DNA from: Planctomycetota bacterium
Lineage (GTDB): Bacteria > Planctomycetota > GCA-002687715 > DRQF01
Length of the DNA: 39,499 nucleotides
NCBI GenBank assembly: GCA_027001995.1
Contig: JALTLO010000150.1
Location: forward strand, 1 to 39,499
Direction of reading: 5' to 3'
The position numbers and the translations under genes were made by a program. Below the pieces are notes generated by a model. The model saw only the letters and a program-made list of their open reading frames with translations. It had not been told where the DNA came from and did not search any database. This document shows positions 18,932 through 29,110 of the stretch, in pieces. The first letter of the stretch is position 1; each line of letters begins with the position of its first letter.

Positions 18932-19857
18932 CTCTTAGCCCCTCGATTTTCCCGCATACGAAAGAACCTGACAAGAGGTCGAATGAGAGACTCTGGATCA
19001 ACGGAGCGGGGCACGGGCACATCAACAAGGTCGACCCCTGAATTCAGCGCCATTTGCTTGAACCGTGCTTTCTCTTGCTCGACTTTAAACCGAAAGGCGT
19101 CGCGAAACTTGGGAGAACTCCAGTCCACCAAGTCTACTTTGCCATCTTCAGGGTCCAAAAGACGCGTCAGGCCGCTGTCAAGGCCATCCATCTCCGGCAA
19201 GATCAAGCGGATGGCCACGACGTCGTGCCTGAGGCCACAAAGGCTCAACTCCTTGCCATCCTGGAAACCCAAGAAATCCGAAATGAAGAAAACAACCGTG
19301 TGCTTGCGCGGGACACGGTTGGCAAATTCAAGAACCGCTTTGGTCTCCGTGCCTTTCCGTGATCTTGGGACCGCTAAAATATCGCGGACAATGCGCAGGA
19401 CTTGCGCCATACCTTTGGCTGGCTCCAAATAGCATTCGATCCCATCTGAGAATGCCAAGAACCCGACTTTATCGTTGTTGCGAAAAGCAGAGATCCCCAA
19501 ACAAGCACACAATCTTGCTGCCACTTGCCTTCCAGACCAGGGCCCGAAACCACCCTCCATGGACGAAGACAAATCGACCACAAAGAGAATCGACAGTTCT
19601 CTTTCGTCAACGAATTTCTTGATGTAGGGCTTGCCCAAACGAGCCGTCACGTTCCAATCGACGCTTCTGGGATCATCCCCTTCGACGTATTCACGGACCT
19701 CGCTAAACTCGACGCCCGATCCACGAAAAACGGAGCTGTAACCACCGGAGAGAACGTCTGTCACCAGACGTGAGCTCACAAGTTCGATACTGCGCACCTC
19801 TTGCAGGATACGATCCAACTCAAACGAATCTGGGCTCGATTGATCGAAGTGATTCAA
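18928..19857 (-). CDS. DUF58 domain-containing protein
   Basis: GSGVEFSEVREYVEGDDPRSVDWNVTAR; VDLSSSM; ISDF. Confidence 0.95.
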   Translation of the reverse strand: MNHFDQSSPDSFELDRILQEVRSIELVSSRLVTDVLSGGYSSVFRGSGVEFSEVREYVEGDDPRSVDWNVTARLGKPYIKKFVDERELSILFVVDLSSSMEGGFGPWSGRQVAARLCACLGISAFRNNDKVGFLAFSDGIECYLEPAKGMAQVLRIVRDILAVPRSRKGTETKAVLEFANRVPRKHTVVFFISDFLGFQDGKELSLCGLRHDVVAIRLILPEMDGLDSGLTRLLDPEDGKVDLVDWSSPKFRDAFRFKVEQEKARFKQMALNSGVDLVDVPVPRSVDPESLIRPLVRFFRMRENRGAKR

Positions 19858-20876
19858 GGCACCCGCACTCGTTCAAAAACCTTGTTGATAACATCTTCCG
19901 ATGTGAGACCTTCTGCCTCTGCCTCGTAGGTCGTGATGACCCGATGCCTCAGGACTTCCATACCGACAGACTTAATGTCCTGGGGCGTCACGAATGCCCG
20001 GCCATCAAGAAACGCCTGCGCTCGGCCCCCTTGAGCCAGGGCAATGGATGCTCGTGGTGATGCCCCATAGAGAATAAGGTTCTTCAGCTCTGGCATGCCG
20101 AATTGTTGTGGATCACGAGTCGCTAAGACGATATTGACCAGATAGTCCAAAAGTTTCTCGTCCATGTAAATTTCGTCGAGCAACGATCTTGCTTGGGCGA
20201 GCTCATCCCAAGATCCGACCACAGACACCTGGGGTTTCCTCTTGTTGCTTGCCATACGGCGCACAATCGATTTTTCATCTTCTTTGCTGGGGTAACTGAC
20301 CTTGACCTTCAGCATGAAACGGTCGATTTGCGCTTCAGGAAGAGGATAAGTTCCTTCTTGTTCGACGGGATTCTGCGTGGCCAAGACCAAGAACGGTTCG
20401 GGCAATGGATAGGATTCCCCTGCCAATGTTACTACGCGCTCTTGCATCGCTTCCAACAGGGCTGACTGAACTTTGGCCGGGGCTCGATTGATCTCATCCG
20501 CCAAGACGAAATTGGCAAATACAGGCCCCTTCTTGACTGACCAAGCACCAGATTTTGGATTGAAGACTTGGGTGCCAACAAGATCGGATGGCAAGAGGTC
20601 TGGAGTGAACTGAATGCGCCGAAACTCGCCACCGAAAGCCCGGGATAGAGCTTCGACGCACAGTGTTTTTGCCAAACCTGGTAATCCCTCCAGAAGGACG
20701 TGGCCATCGGCCAGGAGACCTATGAGCAAACTCTCGACCAAATTCTCTTGACCTACGATTAGAACACGAACCTCATTCCGGATTCGATCAATGAAATCGC
20801 TGGCTTCTCGAATTCGAACTGCTACTTCTGCAACTTCTGACATGCTGCTTAGAACCTCTTCTTCCCTGGCATACAT
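19854..20876 (-). CDS. moxR: MoxR-family AAA+ ATPase
   Basis: Walker A GLPGLAKT; RIQFTPDLLPSD; ADEINRAPAKVQSALLEAMQE; ATQNPVEQEGTYPLPEAQIDRF; GASPR. Start uncertain (20912, 20876 or 20843). Confidence 0.95.
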   Translation of the reverse strand: MYAREEEVLSSMSEVAEVAVRIREASDFIDRIRNEVRVLIVGQENLVESLLIGLLADGHVLLEGLPGLAKTLCVEALSRAFGGEFRRIQFTPDLLPSDLVGTQVFNPKSGAWSVKKGPVFANFVLADEINRAPAKVQSALLEAMQERVVTLAGESYPLPEPFLVLATQNPVEQEGTYPLPEAQIDRFMLKVKVSYPSKEDEKSIVRRMASNKRKPQVSVVGSWDELAQARSLLDEIYMDEKLLDYLVNIVLATRDPQQFGMPELKNLILYGASPRASIALAQGGRAQAFLDGRAFVTPQDIKSVGMEVLRHRVITTYEAEAEGLTSEDVINKVFERVRVP

Positions 20877-21143
20877 CGTTTTCCCCCATCCCTTGGGCAT
20901 CATGCCAGTCATGGGGGGCCATCCAGCCTATCCCCATCCTTTGTTCTCATCACCTACCGGCGGATTCTCCCGCCTCCGATAAGAAGCCTGGGACTGCAAT
21001 CTCAAGATCAAAGAAACGTTCAGGAAACATCACAAGAACGAATGGACGGGACTGGGTTGAGATCATACAATATTCTCGTTGCGTATCCCTATGGAGCGCA
21101 TTCCATCAACCCTGGGAACTTCGAGGCGTGCCCAAGGCATGCG

Positions 21144-23333
21144 ATGATGCACATGAGCCACCAACGATCCCTGAGAACCAGCATTATGGCCGTTTTTGGC
21201 CTCACTTTCTTATTGGCAACGACTTTATCCGCTCAACTCCAAGGGAGTCGCGAAGCCATGTGGCCCGCTCCCACCGCTGAGGACTGGAAGAAACCCGTAG
21301 GAATCACCTTCCAAAGAACCTGGGAGGATGCCACAGCTCTCGCTCAAGAAACCAATCGAGCGATCTTGATCTGTGTCAACATGGATGGTGAAATCGCCAG
21401 TGAGCACTACGCTGGCATTCGCTACCGGCAGCCGGACATAAGCAAGCTCTATGAACCTTACGTTTGCGTCATCGCCTCAACCTATCGTCACACACCCCAC
21501 GATTACGATGAAAGTGGCCGTAGAATTCTCTGCCCACGTTTTGGCAGTGTGACTTGCGGCGAGCACATTTCCATCGAACCCTTCCTGTTCAAGAATTTCA
21601 TGGAAGGCAAACGCATCGCGCCCCGCCATATCTGTGTCGAGTTGGACGGCAAAGAGACCTATGATGTCTACCACACTTGGGACACAGCATCCGTCTTCAA
21701 GACCATTGAAGACGGCATAGTCAATCGCGTCCAAAAACCGAAACCCCAAGTGAAAGGTGACCGTACTCTCATCGAAAAAGTAGCGAGTCCGAACATCGTG
21801 GATCGAATCGAGGTTGAAGAAGCATTCGCCAAGGGCGACAAAGATCTGAAACGTTCTTTACTTCTTGCAGCATTGCAACAAGGAGCCAAGGCCCCGGAAG
21901 AGCTCATTCGCATGGGGTTGTTTGGCTTCGACGAAGAAATGAATGCCCTGGCAAGAAAAGCTCTTAGCAAAAGTGCTACGAAAGGTTCCACAGATCTCAT
22001 CGCGGAAGCGCTGTCGGTTCCCCTCAGGCAGCAGGAAAAAAAAGAACTTCTTCAAGCACTGGATCGTCTGGGCAAGACCGTCCCCAAGGCCAAGAGATTG
22101 GCACAGGTGCAAAGAGGCCTCTCGTCGAAAACCCATGACATCGCAGCAAGCGCTTGGAATCGAGCCACCGCAGAGGGCCCCACTTACACACCAGCGACTC
22201 ATCAAGAAACCAGCGGCACCCTGGCCTCACAAGATGAAGCCTTCACCTCCGACGATCCAGCCAAGCACTTGGCCTTGGCCCGGGCATTCTTGACCAGAGC
22301 CATGGAAACTTCAGGAAACGGACGGGATCAAAAACGCATTCGTACAGCTCTTCTCGAGGATGCCTGTTCTGAATCGGAGCAATCCATCACCTTGGGAGCC
22401 AACACTTGGGGAGCCACTTGCGTCCTCGCCGTAAGCCACTATTACCTTGGCAACATGGAAGCCGCTTACAGCCATGCGGTGAAAGCGGCCAAACTCACAC
22501 CCGACAATCCTCAGAGCCGTCCCGCAATGATCGTCATGGGGCTCTTTGCCGAATACAGAAGAAAACAAATATCGGATGCCATCGAAAAAAGCAAAGATTG
22601 GCCCAAGAGTTGGCTAACAGACCTTCACACCGCCTATGAGGTCTTGGGTAAGCACCCCTACGGAACCGACTCGCAGGTGGGCATGCACTATGATTTCCTC
22701 ATGTGGTTGGGAGCTCGGGGAAAAGCGACCCGGGCTCTCAGAAACGGTATGAAGCGCTTTCCCGCTTCGCCAGGGCTCCACAACCGCTTTGTCACCGGAA
22801 TTCTCAAACGTTTCAGTGTCGACCGTTTGGAGTCGACATACGCAAACATGCTGAAGAGAGATGATGCTCACAAGAGCCTTCCAGGGTTCGCGGGTTACGC
22901 ATCTTTGATCGCCGCAGAATTCCACCGCCGCGCAGGCCGAAGCAATAAGGCAATCACGTCCTACAAAAGAGCCATCTCACTCTACAACCAAGCGATTTCT
23001 GCTGACACCGGGAAAACCGCCTCCTCCACCCACTACATCGCCATGGCCCATGGAGGCATGGCGCGTGTGTTCTTGGAAGACAAGAACGATGAGGCTGCCT
23101 TAGGAGAAGTCCTCACTGCTCTGAAGGTGAGCCAGGCCTCCGCCGCGACCCTTGACGGACTTAATGTTTCCTGTGCTGATACAGCCAAGATGCTGCGACA
23201 ACGCCTAATCGACACGAAGAACCAAGATCTCTTCAAGAAGTTAGACGAAAGATTGAAGCAACTTCCTCCTGAATTGCTCAAACTTCCAGCCTATGAATTC
23301 GGCCCAACAACTCCTGACAAAGGTAAGAATTAG
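21144..23333 (+). CDS. Large exported protein: thioredoxin-like N-terminal domain, HEAT-like helical repeats and TPR-like repeats
   Basis: Signal peptide ending TLSA. FQRTWEDA..A....ILICVNMD resembles a thioredoxin-fold start. CPRFGSVTCGEH. Helical, Ala/Leu-rich remainder. Start uncertain (21144, 21147 or 21153). Confidence 0.6.
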   Translation: MMHMSHQRSLRTSIMAVFGLTFLLATTLSAQLQGSREAMWPAPTAEDWKKPVGITFQRTWEDATALAQETNRAILICVNMDGEIASEHYAGIRYRQPDISKLYEPYVCVIASTYRHTPHDYDESGRRILCPRFGSVTCGEHISIEPFLFKNFMEGKRIAPRHICVELDGKETYDVYHTWDTASVFKTIEDGIVNRVQKPKPQVKGDRTLIEKVASPNIVDRIEVEEAFAKGDKDLKRSLLLAALQQGAKAPEELIRMGLFGFDEEMNALARKALSKSATKGSTDLIAEALSVPLRQQEKKELLQALDRLGKTVPKAKRLAQVQRGLSSKTHDIAASAWNRATAEGPTYTPATHQETSGTLASQDEAFTSDDPAKHLALARAFLTRAMETSGNGRDQKRIRTALLEDACSESEQSITLGANTWGATCVLAVSHYYLGNMEAAYSHAVKAAKLTPDNPQSRPAMIVMGLFAEYRRKQISDAIEKSKDWPKSWLTDLHTAYEVLGKHPYGTDSQVGMHYDFLMWLGARGKATRALRNGMKRFPASPGLHNRFVTGILKRFSVDRLESTYANMLKRDDAHKSLPGFAGYASLIAAEFHRRAGRSNKAITSYKRAISLYNQAISADTGKTASSTHYIAMAHGGMARVFLEDKNDEAALGEVLTALKVSQASAATLDGLNVSCADTAKMLRQRLIDTKNQDLFKKLDERLKQLPPELLKLPAYEFGPTTPDKGKN

Positions 23334-23372
23334 TAAGGCCCAAGAAACAACGTTCTCGGCTGAGGAGCCTGA

Positions 23373-24593
23373 ATGACTAGAAAAAAGATCACCAAGAACT
23401 TCTTGGGTCTCTGTGTCCTTTCTTTCTTCATCGTCAGTCTCTGGGCCTGCTCTGGCGACAGCCAGGAAACGGCAGAGAAAACCCTGGTTCCCGCTACCCC
23501 AAAACTCCCGGAGCTTTCAGGGGCCACGCTCTACCGAAGCCATTGCTCAGGGTGTCATGGGGCCAAAGGGGCCGGTGACGGCCCAACCAAACTCAAGCGC
23601 CCTGCGCGCAGTTTCGCCGATGGGGGTTTTGCATTTGGCAACACCGAAAAAGCCATCTTTCGTACAGTCACCAAAGGAATGCCTGGGAAATCCGAGATGC
23701 CATCCTTCGAAGACAAATTGTCGAAAGATGAAAGACTGGCCATCGTCCGCCATGTTCGCACCTTGATTCCAGCCGCCAAGATCATAGACGATATTGATAC
23801 CATCATGATTGTCAAAGACAGGCCACTCATTCTCAGAGGAATCCTTCCTCCCCTCAGGGAGGACCTTCCCCTGCGCCCACGAGGCCTGCTCATGGGCCTC
23901 AAAGCCGGAATCAGCTTGGAATACCGCATTGACGATGTCCGCTTGTTGGCTCTTCGATCGGGAGGTTTCGCCAAACGGACAGATTGGGTCAACCGGGGTG
24001 GAACACCGATTCAGCCCACGGGACAAGTTCGAATCCTGTTTGGCAAAGGCGACCCCCGACCGACCTTCTCATCTTTGGTCGCTGGAAAGGTCAGCCCACT
24101 GGAATCAAAGATGAGGGGTAGCTTTGCTTTCCCAGAAATGGTGGGCCTCAGCTACGACATTTTAGGCACAGGGAAAGACGACCCCATCCATGTAAAGGAA
24201 GCTTCCTTTCCCCAGAGTCTTTCCCACGGTTATGGTGTTGGCCGTCGTTTCTTGGTTGCCCCCCACTCCGTCGATCTTATCCTCCATTTGGACCAAGGAT
24301 CGGTCGACCAAACATGGGATGGCAGAGATGAGCCCTACAGCAATCATGATCCGCATTTCCCCACCATGCCCTTAGTTCCCCTGAAGCCAGTGGTACGCAA
24401 GAATCCCAACAAGAGTGCCCTTGTCTTGGTCTACAAGGGTGCAGACAAGATACGCCTTGGCATGGGAAACAACGACATGGAGCTATTGCTCCCCGCTTCG
24501 AAACAACCCCAAGAGGTCAAAGTCATCCTCATTGCCATAGAAGAGTATTCCATGAAATCACTGCAGAAGGTCGCCGGAGAAGTGAATTGGTAA
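23373..24593 (+). CDS. Monoheme cytochrome c lipoprotein with C-terminal domain of unknown function
   Basis: Lipobox LWAC; GATLYRSHCSGCHGAKGAGDG; distal Met in SEMPSF; AGGAG RBS. Confidence 0.85.
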   Translation: MTRKKITKNFLGLCVLSFFIVSLWACSGDSQETAEKTLVPATPKLPELSGATLYRSHCSGCHGAKGAGDGPTKLKRPARSFADGGFAFGNTEKAIFRTVTKGMPGKSEMPSFEDKLSKDERLAIVRHVRTLIPAAKIIDDIDTIMIVKDRPLILRGILPPLREDLPLRPRGLLMGLKAGISLEYRIDDVRLLALRSGGFAKRTDWVNRGGTPIQPTGQVRILFGKGDPRPTFSSLVAGKVSPLESKMRGSFAFPEMVGLSYDILGTGKDDPIHVKEASFPQSLSHGYGVGRRFLVAPHSVDLILHLDQGSVDQTWDGRDEPYSNHDPHFPTMPLVPLKPVVRKNPNKSALVLVYKGADKIRLGMGNNDMELLLPASKQPQEVKVILIAIEEYSMKSLQKVAGEVNW

Positions 24594-27302
24594 CCCTCAA
24601 GCAAACGGTCATGCCTGTGATCCTGGTCATTGTTTCGACCTTCATGACCTTGATGGCCCAAGAGATGCAGGCCTACGAACTAAAAGAGCTAGTCATCCCT
24701 GAAGGCCAATCATTTGAAGTAGGAGGCATCGCTTTTCTCAATTCGGGAAGAATGGTTGTAAGCACACGTCGAGGGCAAGTGTGGATCTCGAAATCCCCAT
24801 TTCGCCGAGACAAGCCCACGGATTTTTCGCTTTTTTGCTGAAGGGCTCCAAGATTGCTTGGGTCTCGCTGTTATTGATGACGTCGTTCATGTAGTTCAAA
24901 GAGGTGAAGTTTCCAGACTATTAGATGCAGATAAAGACGGTACAGCGGACGTCATCGAAACGGTCAATGACGATTGGGGTGTGAGTGGAAACTATCACGA
25001 GTATGCCTTTGGCCTGCCACGGGACGATTCTGGTCACCTTTATGTCTCTCTCAATGTCGCCTTCACCAGCCCAAAATGGTGGTTGGGTTCTTCGTCCGTG
25101 CCCTATCGTGGTTGGGTTCTTCAGATTGACGAGAACGGCAAGAGTGTCCCATTCGCCTGTGGCTTTCGAAGTCCATGTGGGATCGGCAGGAACACCAAGG
25201 GAGATGTCTTCGTCACGGACAATCAAGGAGATTGGATGCCAGCTTGCCCTCTCTTTCACGTCGAAGAAGGAAAGTTCTATGGACATCCTGCGGGACTTCG
25301 GTGGCGCAAAGACTTTTTAGAAAAAGACATCATTCCTTCACAGACAAACCCGCCCCATGCCAAACGTACCATGCCGGCAGTTTGGTTGCCTTACAAGTGG
25401 GCTCGTTCCGCTGGAGAGATGATTTGCGATGAAACGAATGGCAATTTCGGACCATTTCCTGGTCAGATGTTCGTAGCAGAGTTAACCAATGGAAATATCT
25501 TGCGTGTCCAATTGGAAAAAATTCAGGGGCAATACCAAGGTGCAGTTTTTATGTTCCGCAAACAAGTCGGATCAGCGGTGCGGCTAGCCTTCGCAGAAGA
25601 TCATTCTTTGATCATTGGCCGAACAAATCGTGGCTGGGGAGGTCTGAATCCTGGCGACGGTCTCGCAAGTCTAACATTCAACGGAAAGACACCATTTGAA
25701 GTGGCCACTGTTCATTTGGAAGACGATGGTTTCCTCCTCAAATTCACCCAAGCAATCCAGAAACCCGCAGGGGATTATCAAATCACTCCTCAGATCATCG
25801 AGTATGACTATAACTATTGGTGGGAATATGGCTCACCCGAAGTCCACAAGAAACCAGTCGAAGTCGAATCCGTACAACGATCCGCAGATGGACTTCAACT
25901 CAAGATAAACGCCCTCCGCCTGAGACCAGGAAAAGTCGTCCAGGTGAATCTGGGAGAAATCAAGTCAGTCTCGAAGACACCTCTCAGGCATGGGGAGTTC
26001 CACTACACCATAAACCAACTCCCTTCAGGGCACATGGTCAGTGATGTGGTGGCAAAGGTCGTTCCTCCTCCAGCGGCCAAAGAAAGCCCCTACGAAGGGT
26101 GGGTTTACTTGAACAAGATCAACGGCGGCGATCGCTGGGACGGAGAAGGCTGGACCGCCGTGAAACACACGGAGTCTGAATTGACCTTGGACTCCAACGA
26201 CCCCAGCAAAATTAAGGTAATCGAATCCAAGAAACCGGACAACAAAGGAGCTGATGGCCAGTCCAGCCCAATTTCTCTTCTGTGTCAAGATCCGGGGAAG
26301 CCCCATGACCTGACTTGTAAAATCTCTCACGGCGCCATAGAAACATGGTTCGATGTTTTCCTGCCTCAAGGGGGAAGCGCAAGCGTTTTTTTTCAGGGAC
26401 GCTACGAGCTTCTCTTTGCAGACGATGAAGAGGAAATGGGTCTTCAATTCGGCATCGTCCCCAATTCAACCGGAAAGAATGGCAAGAAGAATTCCATAGA
26501 CATCTACCGCGGACCCGGTTCGTGGCACGTCGTCAACATGAAATTCCATCCACCTCGCTTTGACGAGACAAACAAAAAATTCCTCTCGGCATCTTTTGAA
26601 GACGTCACAATCGACGGCACACTCTTACACGAATCCGTTGAGCTGCCAGCCTGCTCCCCAAATGCTCCGAACCAAGAAGAGTCAGGGGCACAAGGAGGAA
26701 TCGTTCTCAGATGCAATAGCAAGCAGGCAGCATTTCGTCGTTTCTCCATGCGTGTCTTAGGAGCTCCCGCTGACGACGAAAACTGGGAGCCGATCTTCAA
26801 CGGAACTGACATCGACGACTGGAGACGCTCCGATAAAGCCAAGTGGCGGGTGGAAAATCAAACCATCATTGGCAGCGGCGAGACTGGCCACCTATTCAGC
26901 CCCAGAGATGACTACAGAAACTTCGAGGTGAAGGCCCGAGTCAAGATCAACGACCAAGGCAACTCTGGTCTTTACTTTCGTACAACTTTCGGGCCGGGGT
27001 GGCCTCAAGGATATGAGGCTCAGGTCAACAGCACTTACCACGACCCAGTCAAAAGTGGCAGCCTCTACAACCTCGATGTCATCAAGGCCATGTTCGTCGA
27101 GCCAGGGGTTTGGTTCGACTACTATGTCCGCTGTGTGGATACAGACAAAGGCGTCCACATCGTCATCAAACTCAACAACTTTGTTGTCGTCGATTTTCTC
27201 GACAAGAAAAGAATCAACAAGAGTGGGCACATTGCTCTGCAGCAACACCACCCAGGCTCAGAGGTTCAATTTCGTAACATCATGATTCGTGAGTTGAACT
27301 AG
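24587..27302 (+). CDS. Glucose/sorbosone-dehydrogenase-like beta-propeller fused to two DUF1080 (3-keto-disaccharide hydrolase-like) domains; interrupted by a single-base frameshift at 24831-24836
   Basis: ORFs 24587-24841 and 24858-27302 join as ...DFSLFAEGLQDCLGL... if one T is removed from a T6 run. Propeller motifs are GNYHEYAFG, GFRSPCG and TDNQGDW. DUF1080 motifs are IFNGTD..W, GNSGLYFR, GYEAQV and GHIALQQH...VQFRNI. Confidence 0.8.
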
Positions 27303-27436
27303 CTGGTCACTTAAACGTGGTGGGAATAGGCTCAAGCTTGAGCGAATGGATCAATTCCCCACGAGCCTCTTTGCTTCATGTCTTGCCCAGTGAAGACAGA
27401 AAGTTCACGAATATACTGGAAGCACCATATCCATAT

Positions 27437-29110
27437 CTAAGGTGCCACGATAAAACGCAGTCCTGGAGAAGAGGTGATTACAGGACTCACTTCAAATATC
27501 TGAACGTAGACGTGAGAACCTGCCAAGAAAGGGTTCTGGCGAGACGCCCCAGGAATCGCCAATTGCCCCATGAGATCGAACCCAAAACCAGCACTGTCAA
27601 TAAGATTGATTGGGTCGATGGCAAGAAGCAATGGTAGATAGCCGAATAACAAGAAATCGCTTGGAGCTAGGCTCCGACCGAGTATACCCAAACCGCCAGG
27701 AGTCGCACCATCACAGAAGAGCGTGCCTGTGACTGCCAATGGATCTGCGGCATCCGGGAACCAATTCAAGTCAAGACCGTGAGAAAAGGATGTTGTCGTG
27801 CGGTACTTAAGGACCGCCAAGGTCGGAGCTAAGAAAACCCGGGCACTGCCGCTATTGCTTCCATTGTTATCGTCAAAACGAGCACCCACAATGAGGTCAG
27901 CGAAGCCATCCCCATTCACATCTCCAGCGTTACTCACCGAAAAGCCAAAGAAATCGAATCCGCTGTCACCGTCAAAGGTATGCAGAATGGTGCCGTCCAC
28001 GCCAGAAAGAACCCGGGCGCTGCCGCTATCACTTCCGTTGTTGTCGTCGAAACGGGCACCAACAATGAGGTCATCCAAGCCATCCCCATTCACATCTCCA
28101 GCATTGCTGACCGAAGAGCCAAAAAAATCGAAGGGGCTGTCGCCGTCAAAGGTGAAGAGAGCGCTGCCGTCTAAGCCAGAGAAAACCCGGGCACTGCCGC
28201 TATTGGTTCCATTGTTGTCATCCAAACCGGCACCAACTATGAGATCAGCAAAGCCATCCCCGTTCACATCTCCAGCATGACTGACTGATATGCCAAACTC
28301 ATCCCCCCCACTGTCACCGTCAAAGGTAAAGAGAGCGCTGCCGTCTAAGCCAGAAAATACCCAGGCACTGCCACTATCGATCCCATTGTTGTCGTCTAAA
28401 ATGGCACCAACAATAAGATCATCCAAGCCATCTCCATTCACATCTCCAGCATTGCTGACTGAATAGCCAAACTGATCGTTCTCATTGTCGCCTTCAAATG
28501 TATAGAGGACACTGCCATCGAAACCAGAAAAAACCCGGGCACTGCCACTATCAGTTCCGTTGTTGTCATCTCGATTGGCACCAACGATGAGGTCATCCAC
28601 ACCACCTCCATTCACATCGCCAGCATTACTGACTGAATAGCCAAACCAATCGTGGGCGCTGTCACCGTCAAAGGTGTAAAGAATACTGCCATCGAAACCA
28701 GAAAATACCCGGGCACTGCCGCTATTAAGGCCGTTGTTGTCGTCCAATGGGGCACCAACAATGAGGTCAGCAAAGCCATCCCCATTCACATCTCCAGCAC
28801 TACTCACCGAAAAGCCGAACCGGTCGTCCGCACTGTCACCGTCAAAGGTGTAGAGAATACCCCCGTCTAAGCCAGAAAAGACCCGGGCACTACCACTATC
28901 AAGGCCGTTGTTGTCGTCGAAAGGGGCACCAACGATGAGGTCAGAGAAGCCATCACCATTCACATCTCCGGCATGACTGACTGAATAGCCAAACCAATCA
29001 CTCATGCTGTCACCATCAAAAGTGTAAGCAATTGTCGCCTGAGCCTGACCCACAACAGACATCTCCACGATGACTAAGAACAAACAAACAACGAACTTGA
29101 GGTCGCTCAT
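27437..29110 (-). CDS. Secreted FG-GAP/integrin-alpha-like seven-bladed beta-propeller with a C-terminal domain of unknown function
   Basis: Signal peptide ending AQA. Seven 58-aa repeats FG.SVS.AGDVNGDG..DLIVGA with Ca-binding DxNxDG loops. Confidence 0.9.
   Translation of the reverse strand: MSDLKFVVCLFLVIVEMSVVGQAQATIAYTFDGDSMSDWFGYSVSHAGDVNGDGFSDLIVGAPFDDNNGLDSGSARVFSGLDGGILYTFDGDSADDRFGFSVSSAGDVNGDGFADLIVGAPLDDNNGLNSGSARVFSGFDGSILYTFDGDSAHDWFGYSVSNAGDVNGGGVDDLIVGANRDDNNGTDSGSARVFSGFDGSVLYTFEGDNENDQFGYSVSNAGDVNGDGLDDLIVGAILDDNNGIDSGSAWVFSGLDGSALFTFDGDSGGDEFGISVSHAGDVNGDGFADLIVGAGLDDNNGTNSGSARVFSGLDGSALFTFDGDSPFDFFGSSVSNAGDVNGDGLDDLIVGARFDDNNGSDSGSARVLSGVDGTILHTFDGDSGFDFFGFSVSNAGDVNGDGFADLIVGARFDDNNGSNSGSARVFLAPTLAVLKYRTTTSFSHGLDLNWFPDAADPLAVTGTLFCDGATPGGLGILGRSLAPSDFLLFGYLPLLLAIDPINLIDSAGFGFDLMGQLAIPGASRQNPFLAGSHVYVQIFEVSPVITSSPGLRFIVAP
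27818..29035 (-). repeat. Intragenic tandem repeat, 7 x 174 bp
   Basis: CCCGGGC anchors at 27838 and 28012 are 174 bp apart. Seven near-identical translated units. Confidence 0.92.

Noticed and set aside
27818..29035. Repeat array as a CRISPR array or DGR template/variable repeat
   Set aside because: The units are in-frame 174-bp coding repeats with no unique spacers, and there is no cas or reverse transcriptase gene in the window.
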